Below are positions 50,151 to 61,440 of a DNA stretch of 64,000 nucleotides, piece by piece; within the stretch, counting starts at the first letter, position 1, and the number at the start of each line of letters is the position of its first letter. The notes beneath the pieces are model-generated. The model did no database searches, was not told where the DNA came from, and was given only the letters and a program-made list of their open reading frames with translations. The stretch lies in assembly GCA_036172245.1 (NCBI GenBank), contig JAYWIR010000042.1, positions 1 to 64,000 on the forward strand, in the 5' to 3' direction. Source of the stretch: Raillietiella orientalis. Its lineage: Eukaryota. A program made the position numbers and the translations under genes.

Positions 50151-51179
50151 CGCGCACTTTCACTCGGAGGCCTCGTCGTTCAGCCGTTCAGTTTTCAGGA
50201 GTGCATCCCTCTTCGGATGGGAGAGAAGAGTTCCTCGCTTCCACACGCGTCAGGCTCCAAAGTAAGGACCTTCGAGTAAAAGTGTGTGCGGAATGCTCCT
50301 TAAAAAACATCTCCTGTATTTTCTCAAGTCCCAAGCAGTGCTCGCTCCAATTAATAGCGCTACTTTTCTCCTTTCTGTGAAGCCCATCACGCATGCGTCT
50401 CTCTAGAGCGAACCTCTGCAAATTTGATATCCTAAAGAGATTCCCCAAAAGGCTACATCATACATGGCCTGAAAGCCATGGCCGTAATTCATCATGCATG
50501 ATTTATAGAACGGTCAGCATATGAATCACATGTATGCATGATTTCTGCGTAAATAAATAAACAGTGTGAGTAAGCGAGTTACTGAATGGCAACGCATTTC
50601 AGTCACGTTCCTTGAGATAGGATGAACGAACAATCAGATCAGAGCAATGATTTCTGCAGGACCAACTGAGCCTGTAGTACGTGATCGTGGCACTTCGGAT
50701 CCATAAATAACCTATTTCTGATTATCAGATGTGTGCGCTTGAACATCCTAAGAAAAACGGATGATTTACCGTTTCACCTCATTCTCTTTGTAAATATCAC
50801 ACTTCGAGAAAGGCGTTCCGAACTGTCATTAAGATGGCCTCTTTGGTGCAAATGAAAAAAAGAAGAAAAAAAATTAGAGAACCTCCCTTAGCTGGAAATG
50901 TTTTCCTATTTTCATCATCACCATCATCGTCATCAGTCGCGGGATTCCGAGACGAACTTTTGCATTCGATTTCCCCCTCGAAGCAGGAATGACCCTTTTG
51001 CAGAGGCATACGGGCGCGGTGCGGAGTGTCGAATGGATGCGGCGCTTTTAGAATTGGGGGGGCAGTTTTGTGATGGCCCTTTTTCGCTGATGCTGGCCAG
51101 TGGCCGACACAATCAGAATGATATTTCAAGCTGCGGCGCTGTTATGAAGATAAACCACCGAATCCAAGTCCCACCTAAC

Positions 51180-51950
51180 CTCCTCACTTAGCAAGTTGGA
51201 GAAGAAAATCTGTCCGCAGATAGATTCCTGAAGCTCCAGCTTGGTCCAAATGCCTTCTGGATTGCGGATTTCGTCTTAAGTTTGTCGAGATGGCAGATGG
51301 CCCTATAATAACTGACATCATCGTTCCAAGGCAGAGATTGGCAGGATGTGTCTGCTTCATCAAGCCGTGAGAGCGGCCTCGATTTCACTGCCGCCTTCGA
51401 TCGTGTTGCTCCGCATCACCTCGAAGAGATGCGCCTGCTTCCCTTACCCCATTTTGCACGAGTCCCCATGTTGATGTATTCGCGGATGTCCTCCCTTCGT
51501 ACGCGTGAGAGGAGCATCGAATTCATTCTCACAATTCTCTTCCGCTGATCGTCGCTAAAGGCTACTCGCATCCTTTGGCGTACAAGAAGAGGAACCAAGG
51601 TCGGGGTTCACTGCTGCCATTCTCCAGTGGGGAAAACCGGGGAGTAGCCCCTCCAGTTCCACCGCACATCCGCCTCGAGGTTCTCGTGCGGGAATAACCC
51701 CTTGCTTCCCAATCCGTTTCGCTAATGACTGCCTAACATGCGTCTCCACGGCTGAAGGCTAGTATCCGGAAGAAAGGGAATCTTACCGGGGGATAGAGAG
51801 ATAGCTGAAAACAAATTGCAGCTTGTACCTCTGCTTGGAAGTCGAATCTCACATTGGGCCCCCATGTGAGATCCGGTGCGGTGGATCCGCTCGAGATTGC
51901 ATCGAGTTCATCAAAGGTCGAGGTATCAAAGGTCATCTTGAGCATAAATT
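51180..51950 (-). mobile_element. Possible LINE ORF2 linker relic
   Basis: TRAKWGKGSRRISS (cf. RSRAKWxxxGExxS) followed by KSAIQKAFGPS (cf. KAPGPDG). Confidence 0.3.
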
Positions 51951-53399
51951 TCATTTTCGGCCTGAATTCATGCCGTTACGTGTCTGCGTCCGGAGGGAAC
52001 ACGCAAGCTCTTGGAGTTGGGAAGGGATGGGGGGAGGGGAAGAAATAAATTCCTTTTTTATTTTTTTTTCCCCGGTTTCGAAGCGACCTTGCAGCAAGCG
52101 TCCATCAGCCAAGCAGTCCCTTTTTTTCTTTTGTTTTTCCCCCCCCTCGTCAAGACTTCCTTCGACAGCACCCGTTGTTGATCACAAGGAAGGAATCCCA
52201 TCGTCTCAAGTAATAAACGATTTATTCCTCGTGTTCGGAAAAAAACAATTTTTCAACGAGGAGAAGGAATTGCGTTCTCCCTGTCTGTCTGTTGCACCAG
52301 CGAGACAAATAAACTCCGTTAAAAACTGTTAGCTGGACTTCCAGGATATGTGCGTTTGCATTTTATGTTCCGCTTCCAAGGGAAAGGAAATTGCATCTCA
52401 TAACTGCAATCAGGAAACAAAAGAGTGAGCAGGAGAGAGCGGCAATTTTCACCGGGACTCCGAAACATTGTCAGAGCCGTGCTAAATCGTTCGGGGCGAA
52501 GACTTGACAAATGAATCGATTAACAAGCACGAAGACTGCATTTCCAGGATGCCATTCGCCTCCTGGATGTCAGAATCTATTTTAGATAAAGCAGGGAGGC
52601 TTGACCGGCGGATTCAGATTTACGGTGAGATTAGTTGGGAGCTTCAGCGCTGTTAATGGCAGCCGGAATCGCGTTCGGCGGAATAAAAAACCAGGCCCGA
52701 TGTGGGGGTACGCTTGGCACATTCATCCCAAGTGGGATTCAAAACTGGAAGAAAAAAAAAAAAGAAAAATCTCTTAGGTATGGGAAGAATTTCCCAGGGA
52801 ATTTTCCCGGGAAATCGACTTTGCGCCTTTGTTCCTACTGAGCAGAAGGGAGCCCCGAAAGGAAAGCAGGGTTGCGCAGAAACCTACAATTTAGAAGGAA
52901 AAAACTTCTTCCTGACTAAACGGAGCTTCGCCGAAAGCGTTCCGAACTGCTGAGCTTTCGTTCAATCAAAGGGAGGTTCGAATGCCGAATGGAGTCGGCA
53001 TTTCTACCCAGGAACGAGCGTTCCCGGAGACTTTCAAGCAGTGAGGTGTGCGGCAGCGGAGTCCCGCTGGTCCGCGAAGAGCGAGAAGTTTGGAAGCTCT
53101 TCTTTGAGCGCATGGAAGGCCAACCTCCAAATTCCCGTAAAAGCCGAAGATGCTGGAACGGATGTGCTGCCTCCACACAAAACCCGAATTTTCGGTCAGC
53201 TCTGGCTCCGAGTTGCCTCTAGGGTGATATTTCATCTCAATCCGTTTCGGCCATCAGCTGGCGCTGAAGATAAATAGAAAGGAGAACGGAGCCAAGGATC
53301 TGTATGGATCGTTGGCTCACGTGGAGCTCTGTCTATGAAAAAATTATCTCTGTTTCTCAAGGCACCATGAATAGGAAATCGTGAGCCGCCTTTCCCGAG

Positions 53400-54800
53400 A
53401 CCTAAGATATAGCTCATTGTCCTTCATTGGACAGAAGAAGCGAGTAGTGGCTTCGATCATCCGACCGAGGCTGCTACCTATAATATGGAGATGGCTTAGG
53501 TCTCGCTGCTACTTCCTGGGCTTCTACATGACTGTCAATGTGACAACAGATACCCGAGAAAATCCCTTATCCGAATCCTTGGAAGAGAACGCGTTCCACT
53601 TGCGAGAGGAATGCAGACCGAAGCGCAGACTGCAACAAAAATCCAATGTGCCACTGTTCCTCTTTTGCGAAGGGCTCGAGACTCCTGCTCCTAATTGAGG
53701 AAAGGGAGCCAAAGGTTTCACTGGAGGCAATCTTAGGTGCTGAGAGCATTGTGAGAGAGCGGTTAAGATCACCTAAGGAACTCTCTTGCCGAAAGAATTC
53801 ACATCGCTATGCTGGTGGATTGGAGGAAACTCCTGCAAGAAAGCCGGGCATCTAAGGAATCCAGCTTAGGAGAACCCAGGAGGTATCCCTCTTCCTCGGT
53901 CAACTCTTTCTGCTGCAGAGAGGAAACGCTTCCCATAGTCTGCTTTGAAACTCACATGGCACAGACAGACCTAGTTTAGGCACTGCTAGATGAGAAAGAC
54001 TGACAGGGAGGTGAAAGGAGCGGTCTTTCGCAAAACCTTTCTCATCACTAATTCAGGAACCAACTTGTTCCCGCTCTATTTTTGAAACCATCCTTTCCAG
54101 CAAATTTTTGAATTGTGCTTCTGTGAGGCTGGGAGTTATCTTGTGAAAAAACCATCATTAGTGGAACCTAATCACCCCAAAGGGTCCTTGTTTGCTTTAA
54201 GCATTATGTTGGAGTGTCTCAGCGGTTCGAGCGATTGAAACCGACAGAAGCGTCATTTCCCCCTCTCTCTGAAAATTTCCCGATTCCCAGTCCCGGCTAA
54301 TTATCCCGATGACAGCATTCTACGGATGATTAATATCAATTAATCCTTGGAGCACTGTGCAATGAGTTTCTATCTCTGAAATTAAAGACTGAGAACTTCC
54401 AGAATGGATGTTTGCAAAAGTACGCAAAATTTGGAAGCAGTTGACAGGCTGCAGAAAGCGAATTATGACAGTTACAGCATCCCTCTGCCATGAGGAAGAT
54501 CACCTTTTCAAAATCGAGGCCGAAAGAAGAAGGAGAAAAATATGAGGAGGCTAAGAGCAGCAAGTTCAGCTTGCACGAAAGAACAACTTGTGTGACACCA
54601 GAACTTGAGCACTGGCAGCTGTGCGTCAAGGTCACGCCGCCAGCTGCCGCGCTATTGCTGCCACATGGCAGAAGTCAGTAAGGCTGGGAGCTTCCGAGAG
54701 CAGAGGTTTCAAAAATACTGATCTATCGTAATTCATCAACTGGGTGCGAAGCAGGGAAGCTCAGATTAAGAAGACTCCAGCAGAAAATTCCGGAGCACCA
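53400..54800 (+). pseudogene. PPR relic (C-terminal repeats)
   Basis: KYEEAKSSKFSLHERTTCVTPELEHWQLCV (cf. GxxEG..F.SM...GxxPxLEHYxCMV) at 54490-54681. Left boundary uncertain. Confidence 0.45.
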
Positions 54801-54899
54801 CTGAAAAAACCTTTGCAAAAAAACCTTAGAGGATAACAGGACTCAGTTTTATTCACGAGCACATCGCTCTCCGAGTCCAAAAATGGATCCCCAAATCTC

Positions 54900-56380
54900 C
54901 AAGTACGCCGAGGTCACATCACAGTCAAGTCACCGGACGATCGAAAGGGACCTAAAGGACGAGTTTCCGTTACCCGACGTGCTCCAGGAACAGTCTATCC
55001 TACATGACGATCGAAGATCCCGATTGACTATTGAAGTCGAGTGAAGGTGTAACGCCGAGTCTAATAAGCACAATGCCGGGTAATCGATCGGTGAAGATGA
55101 TGCAAGTTTCGAGGAGCAGGATGCAGCTTCTTTCGATGCTTCAGTAAGCGAAGCGAAAATCCAAGTCTCGAAGCCAGCGTTGGCAACAGCAACATCTGAA
55201 CTCTTGAAACATGGAGATCGAACCGAGGAAGTCCACAAGAGAAAGCAAATCGGATGACCGACTGGTCTGAAAGGTGGATCATGCGTCCTGACAGGGCCCT
55301 CGCATTGCTACGCAAGGGTTTCTTTCGTCTGGCAACGAAAATGCTGCCATGTCATTGCTACCGTTAGAAAGGCGCTGCCGGGAGAAGAACGAGTTTGAAA
55401 ACTTCTCAAGACGGAAGGAGGCATGCCGGATCGACTTCTTGCAAGGCCCGCATGCGGACTCTGCAAGAGGTCTCGAGAATATCTGCAAATCCCGTGGAAT
55501 CCATGGGGGTGAAGAACAGCTCTCAGTGAAAATCATCGGTTTTGAAAGAAGGAGAAGCCCGAAGGAAATTCTCGAATTCTGCTTGCACATTTCTAGAAAA
55601 AGGCCCTGAGATTTGCCTGTCTTTCAACAGGCAAGTGCTATTAGGCCGATTCTTGGAAAAGATGGAGTCCAACGTCGGTGAATGAATGCTGCAAGGGAAT
55701 TCAAGAGCGCGGAATGCAGAGCCCACTTTATAGCATGGTGCAGAAATCATGCAGAGAACCTAATGTCATCATCCCATGTGTCAATTTCCAACTTACTTTC
55801 AGAGTCATTTCATGATGCACTGGACATCCGAAGTGGATCACACCTTATGATCCGGTCGCCTCGACTGAGGAACTTGGACTCATACTGCCTGCATCCTCTC
55901 AAAATGGGAATTGATTTCTTATTCATCCAATGGTCTCTGCCATTCTGATTTTATGCAAATGTGTGACAACAGCTGCGGGCAGTCTGCGTGTACGTTTAGA
56001 CAGTGTTGCCACCATTCATAGCCGCTCGTGTTGCCCTAAAGAAGAAACTAACTTTAATGAAGAAATAACTCGAGGGATTTCATGGAAACTGCGAAAGCAA
56101 AGCCCTACTCTGGGCAAAGAAGATTCCTCCAGACACAGACATTTCCCGCTTTGCCCATAGAAATTTGTAGGGTTTTGATGCCATGTGTTGAAAATGCCGC
56201 TTAGAAACTTCCGTGCTGTGCCACCTGGGGCAGCTTCAAAGCAGAAGATGAGGGAACGCGTGCAGCAATCCGTGCCTACGTCCACGAACAACTCGAAACC
56301 ATGGGAAAAAAATCTCGGCGTGGAGGAGCTTGCTTTCTTCCTGGACCAGGGAGCGTTTTCGAGGATGCAGGGATTTAACC
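54900..56380 (-). pseudogene. PPR relic
   Basis: NFYGQSGKCLCLEES...FHEIPRVISSLKLVSSLGQHERL; MISAPCYKVGSAFRALEF; SSDVAVANAGFETWIFASLTEA. Confidence 0.6.
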
Positions 56381-56479
56381 TACTATTGATTTGTTTTTTT
56401 TTGTTTTTTGTTTTTTAAATCGATGGAAAATATTTTAATAAACTTCACAGCTTTTCTAGTTGAACATTTTCCTGTTAGC

Positions 56480-58900
56480 TTTTGCGTCAGTTCGCTTCTT
56501 GGGTTGAATTCACTCTTCGAAGTCTTGTTCTTGGCGTTTGCGATGCTGGTCCTTCAGCTGCTGTATCTGCTTTTGGTTTATCTTTCCTTCCAACATGTGA
56601 TTTCGAAATTGCCAATGTGGTTAAGGGCATGTACTTATTCGAGTCGGCTGGTTCCACTAATTTATAGAATTCAGTTTTGCCTCCGTATTGCTGCACATTA
56701 TGGAGCACAATTTTAATACCACAGTCTCGTTGATCTTCGGTTCTCTGGATCAGAATGCCTGAGGCCTTCTCTACAGTTTATTGGATTTAGAAGAGGATGT
56801 TCTTCTTCCAATCAAATCACCAATCCACTTAAACATTTTTCTTCAGCTTTGCAGGATGGTGATCGATAGCTGACCACGAATTTATGACGGGCACACGCGT
56901 TCCTCTATGCTTTTCATGAGATGTGCAGCGTGCTTAGCATAATCTCTTCTCACGATTCCAATCCAACAAAATGAAATAATTATCACTTACGAATATGATG
57001 CGAATTCTCCAGGACAACCATTAGCAATCGCAAAGGACAGAGCAGGTGACCTCTTGCTGAGTATATTTCCTGGAAATCAGCTGATTAGGAGCAGCAAAAA
57101 AAGTCCATACAGTGGGATCCAATACATCTCATCTCATAATAATATCGATTACTTAATCTGCTGAAATAAGATTTCCCTGTTTTCATCTTTTCTTTCCTTC
57201 TTTTTTTTTTTCTTTTGTTTTTTTTTTTTTTTTTTTTTCCCTTCCCCGCAAAAGGAAATGAGTTTCTCACAGAAACGTAGAATCATTCGGTCAACTTTTC
57301 GAAAGCAAGAAAATGCATTACTCTTCAGCGAAATGCAACTGTGAAATATTTTTTCGCTTTAGAAAAAGCGCGGCAACACACAAAGCTGCGATAATCACGG
57401 CCATAACTTATTGCTTGCGGAAAACAAGCGGAATAAAAAATAGCAGGTTTTCCAAAGATGCTCCAGCCAAATAAGTTGGTGTTTTCTCGACTGGAAACAA
57501 ATATCTATAGTCGAATAATGGTATCCATGGCTTTTTGATCGGACCTCGCAGCTTCCGTATCTTCCAGGAGAGATTGAGCGTCTTGATAATGCGAGCGAAT
57601 CACGTGTATCCTTAGATTACACGGACATTACCAGATGAATAATAGTCTTCATTAAGAGAACGCGTGCCGGAGGTTTAAGCTTTCTGACGCTCAAACATCT
57701 TGGCGTTTGCAAGGTAATTGAGCAAGCGGAGGAGAATTCTATTTCGTGTTCCTACAGGATGCGAAGCTCACTGCGATTATTAAGACATCAGAGGAGATGC
57801 CAGGCTACACGTCGCTCTTCCTCCGTGGACGGCAGCAGGATTCACCTAGGATGGAACAACCGAGATGAGAAAAGCCAGGAACCAAAATTTCTGACCCAGA
57901 GAAGGATTCCTTTTGTACTTCACGACTGCAGGCATCTTTCTTTATCATTGGAATACCTTCCCAGCTTCCTTTAATCTGACCTGAGCTCGAATAAAAGCAA
58001 AGGACAAAGATTAGGAAGCCTGTGTCCGGATTCAAATGTCTTCCCCGTTATCAGAGTTTATTCCACACCTCAGTGACTGTATCCGAACCATTCTCTCTTT
58101 AAATCCGCAATCTCTCCCTCTCCGTTTCGAGTTTCGATAACGTTTTCTGTTCTGAATAGGAACTTGCTGGGATCTAGCATCACAGCAAGTTCCCATTCCC
58201 ATGAGGATGCAAAACAGAATATCTCTTCGGCATCAGTATGGAGCTACATCCCTCATTTTGAGCAAAGAGCAATCTGCAAGTATCGGAGGGAGAGGACTTT
58301 TTACCGAAGGGTTTCGTTCTTTTCACAAAGCCCGAGAAAGATTCTATGGCGTCTTGTGTAAACACACGGGTAGAAAATTCACTGGTATTTTTTCATAATG
58401 CGGAAGAACGGGCTGCTCTCTCGCTTCTTGGAAACCCTTTGCGCAGAAGTGGCGTTTGCCATCAATCACAAGTCAAGCAGTCGAATTTGGAAGCCATAAT
58501 CTCGTGGCCGTAGATCCCCGATTTCCTCGCTCAACTCTCGCTGGGAGTTCCAAAGAAGAGCACCTTGCTGACACTCCTTCAAAATACGTTTCTCATCCCT
58601 CTGAAAACAGCCCTCTGATCCAGGAGGCTGGAACCCGGTCACGCCGGGAAGTTTATTGAAAAAATGAACTACAGGTCAGAAGGGAATGGCATCCCTTCCG
58701 AGAAACAAAAAGTCCAAGCCGAAAAAAAAAAAAAGTTCTCAAGGATGACCCCGGAGGTGACAGATCATCAACAGCGCGACTTCCGTTCGCCTTCATTCAC
58801 TCTTGGTCGAGATTTCGTTGCTCGTGTTTCGCAGCTGAGAGCACCCCTAAGGCACCCCTCTCTTGATCCATCTCCATGGACAGGAATGGAAGCACCAGTG
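56480..58900 (+). pseudogene. PPR relic with E/E+/DYW-like C-terminus
   Basis: DFEIANVVKGMYLFESAGS; ITASSHSHEDAKQ...WSYIPHFEQRAIC...PRKILWRLV/CKH; VEFGSHNLVAVDPRFPRS (cf. VHxFVAGDxxHP); PSEK; SFTLGRDFVARVS (cf. SKIxGREIVVRD). Confidence 0.5.
57178..57245. repeat. Long poly(T)/pyrimidine tract
   Basis: Directly visible. Similar homopolymers at ~8027-8046, ~24878-24897 and ~31976-31999. Confidence 0.9.
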
Positions 58901-59364
58901 GAACCGAACAAACCAATCTATCAGTATGCGTGCTTAGCATAAACAGCCGAATTCCGCTGAATGTTGAAGTAACGAAGCGGCCATGCAGGGATCAACGGGA
59001 AATCCGTAAAAGAATTCCCAGAAGGAGGTGGCGCGAGCATCCGGACCCTAAATGGCCTGTGAGTCTCTAAGCAAATTTCGTTTCAGTCGGAGAGTCTCAC
59101 CTCCGCAACGAATCTTCCTCGGAAATTCTCGAGACATGCTACATGATCTTAAACGAAGTGGTGGAATGAAAACAAAAACAAAAGGAAAAGAAGACGTGGC
59201 AAAGTGAAACAAAGTAGGTACTTCGCAACATGAAGAGAGAGAGTGCACGTGCGATCTTCCTACCATTTTCGTCTTACGAGCACTGCACTGGTGAATTATG
59301 TGCATCCCGTTATGTGTGTCCGACCCCGTCAAGCCCTCGCGACAGCAGGAGACTTGCTCTGCAA

Positions 59365-59520
59365 GTCTCGTCCCTCCCCCACTCGGGACCCTCTGCTGTC
59401 CCGGCCTGCTTGCTGGTGGACCCTTCCCTTTGTGTCTTGCTGTCTTCGGTTGGGAACTTTGTTCTCAACTGGCCTATTTTTATTCTATATTCTCAACGCC
59501 CCGGAGTGACCAGGTGAAAA
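59365..59520 (+). mobile_element. 156-bp retroposed insertion consisting only of the LINE 3' module (extreme 5' truncation or SINE-like)
   Basis: Flanked by the perfect 13-bp direct repeat acttgctctgcaa (59352-59364, 59521-59533). Ends CCCCGGAGTGACCAGGTGAAAA and is homologous to the 3' ends at ~20.0, 36.3 and 61.5 kb. Confidence 0.85.
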
Positions 59521-59849
59521 ACTTGCTCTGCAAATAGCGACACCGGTTGCAAACAAAGGCAACGAAGAAAGAAACAAAGAAAAAACTCATTTGATCCGCC
59601 CCGCATTGTACGTTTTTTTCAGAGGTCTGGCTTCCAAATGGTACTCTCCAAGTGCCAATTGGATGACTCTGAAGAACGCGCAAAAGACCACAAAGCAGCG
59701 GTTTTTCAGATAGCTTCCCCTTCTGATCCACTGGGAAGATGAGCGCGCCCTGTAGCCTTTCCGACTGAAAGTCAGGGGCAGCTTTGAGATGCAAACATAC
59801 CAAACGAAATGTGGAGGTAAGGAGTTTCTTCCTTCTGTGAGATGACGCT

Positions 59850-61380
59850 AATTTTCATGGGAAATAGCCTCCAGAGACGCATTTGCATCTGTAACATTGG
59901 CTTGCTCCCTGAACACGAGGATGGGCTATGTGAGGATTACTGAGGATCGTGAAAATGGAAGGTAAAAAAGCATGTGGCTGCGAACTAAACGGGGGTCCAA
60001 GCAAGCAGGCGAGTGAACAGAAAGATCGCAACGGGAACTCGAGACGGAAGCCTCTCACCAAGCATTTACGAAATCTCTTCACGTTTTCCCCGTTCGGATA
60101 TGGACTCCAGCGCAAGCTCGAAGTTGTCGGTCTCTTTAGCTTGCCGTGGCAGCAAATCTTCGGCGATGCACGTGGACATGGGGTGATATGTGAAAGGACG
60201 CATCATTGCCGGCAGATTTCGAATAGCCGTAGGAATTTCCGCTTCATGGCACACGCTTTAGGAAGGGAGAACCATCGAACGGAAGCAGCACAAGCAACTT
60301 TCCTCCCCACTCAAAGAGAAACGGCAGGAAAACGAATTCTTAGCCATCTCGAAAAGGGGTGAGAGGAACTTTTAAGAGTGTCCCCTTAGAAACCAAGCAA
60401 TCCTTAAAAGACCGCTGATTTTGAGCTCTTCTAGCAGGGGGTGGGGGAGACACTGCATTGGCTAGGCCAGATAACTGCACAGTTCCTTGAGATTTCAAGT
60501 CCACCAAGCTGAGCACACCGAATACAGCCGGACACTTTATCTGCAGTGTGCATTCCTCGCGATGCCTACAGTCAACATAGCCCCTATGAGAGCTCCCATT
60601 TTCAATGCTCAAGATCAAGCTGAGACCTCTGAGTGAGCCAGTGACGTTGCACAAGACCCTCGTAGGTGTGTCTGTGCCCTTAGTGGGCGGCGATGTCCCG
60701 AGATGCTTCCTGGAAGGCCTAAACCGAATGTTAGGGGGCTGTCACACGCGTCGACCGACTCATGCAGTCCCTGGTTCCACGATCCTCCGCGGTGCTGTGG
60801 TGAAGAGTGCCCTCCACAGAAGATCGACAGGTCCTCTGAAGTGCGCTAAGAAGCCTCGCCGTCTGTACGCCCCAAACACAGGCATGAAGATCGACAGGGC
60901 ACGCAAAACGAAACGTGAAGAACGTGGAATGGCACTTCAAGCTACGCTGTCTACGAACCACGAAGGTAATGACGAGTCTCGGAGACACCGGGTTCACAGC
61001 AGTTAAGGGTAAGAGGAAATCCACCGGTTCTACGCGTTGCTCTTCGTGCAAGCAGGAGAAGACCGTTCCAGAACTCCTCGGTGGTGGGGAGATTCTGAAA
61101 GAAACTCTGGCCCTCCCTAGAAAATGCCACCGGACAACGCATATTCTAGTGCCAACGCACGCACTGGGCAGACTTGGGTAGCGTTGCATATGTGGCTCGC
61201 CAAAGAGACTCCTATTCAGAAGGTGGGGAGGGTGGCACTGGCAGAGTGCTTGTGGCTCCCTGTTTTTCTCCTTCCTTCCTTCTTTCTTTCTGTTTTTTTA
61301 TTTTTTTTGATCTTCCAGACGAATCTCGGTTGCCAAGGAAGACTGAAGCAGCACGGAACTCGTTGGCAGCTTCAAAGAAT
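59850..61380 (+). mobile_element. Degenerate LINE ORF2 C-terminal fragment with pyrimidine-rich 3' UTR
   Basis: TRCSSCKQEKTVPELL (zf-RVT-like CxxC...ET), a T/C-rich tract at 61260-61310, then the hairpin ggttgccaa...ttggcagct. Confidence 0.45.
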
Positions 61381-61440
61381 CCTTATGAAGTGAGAACTGG
61401 TGCAGCAGCTGAGCTCATCTCTCGACTACGGATTGATTGA

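Noticed and set aside
52780..52815. Palindromic cluster gggaagaatttcccagggaattttcccgggaaat
   Set aside because: Short, low-complexity and without supporting context.
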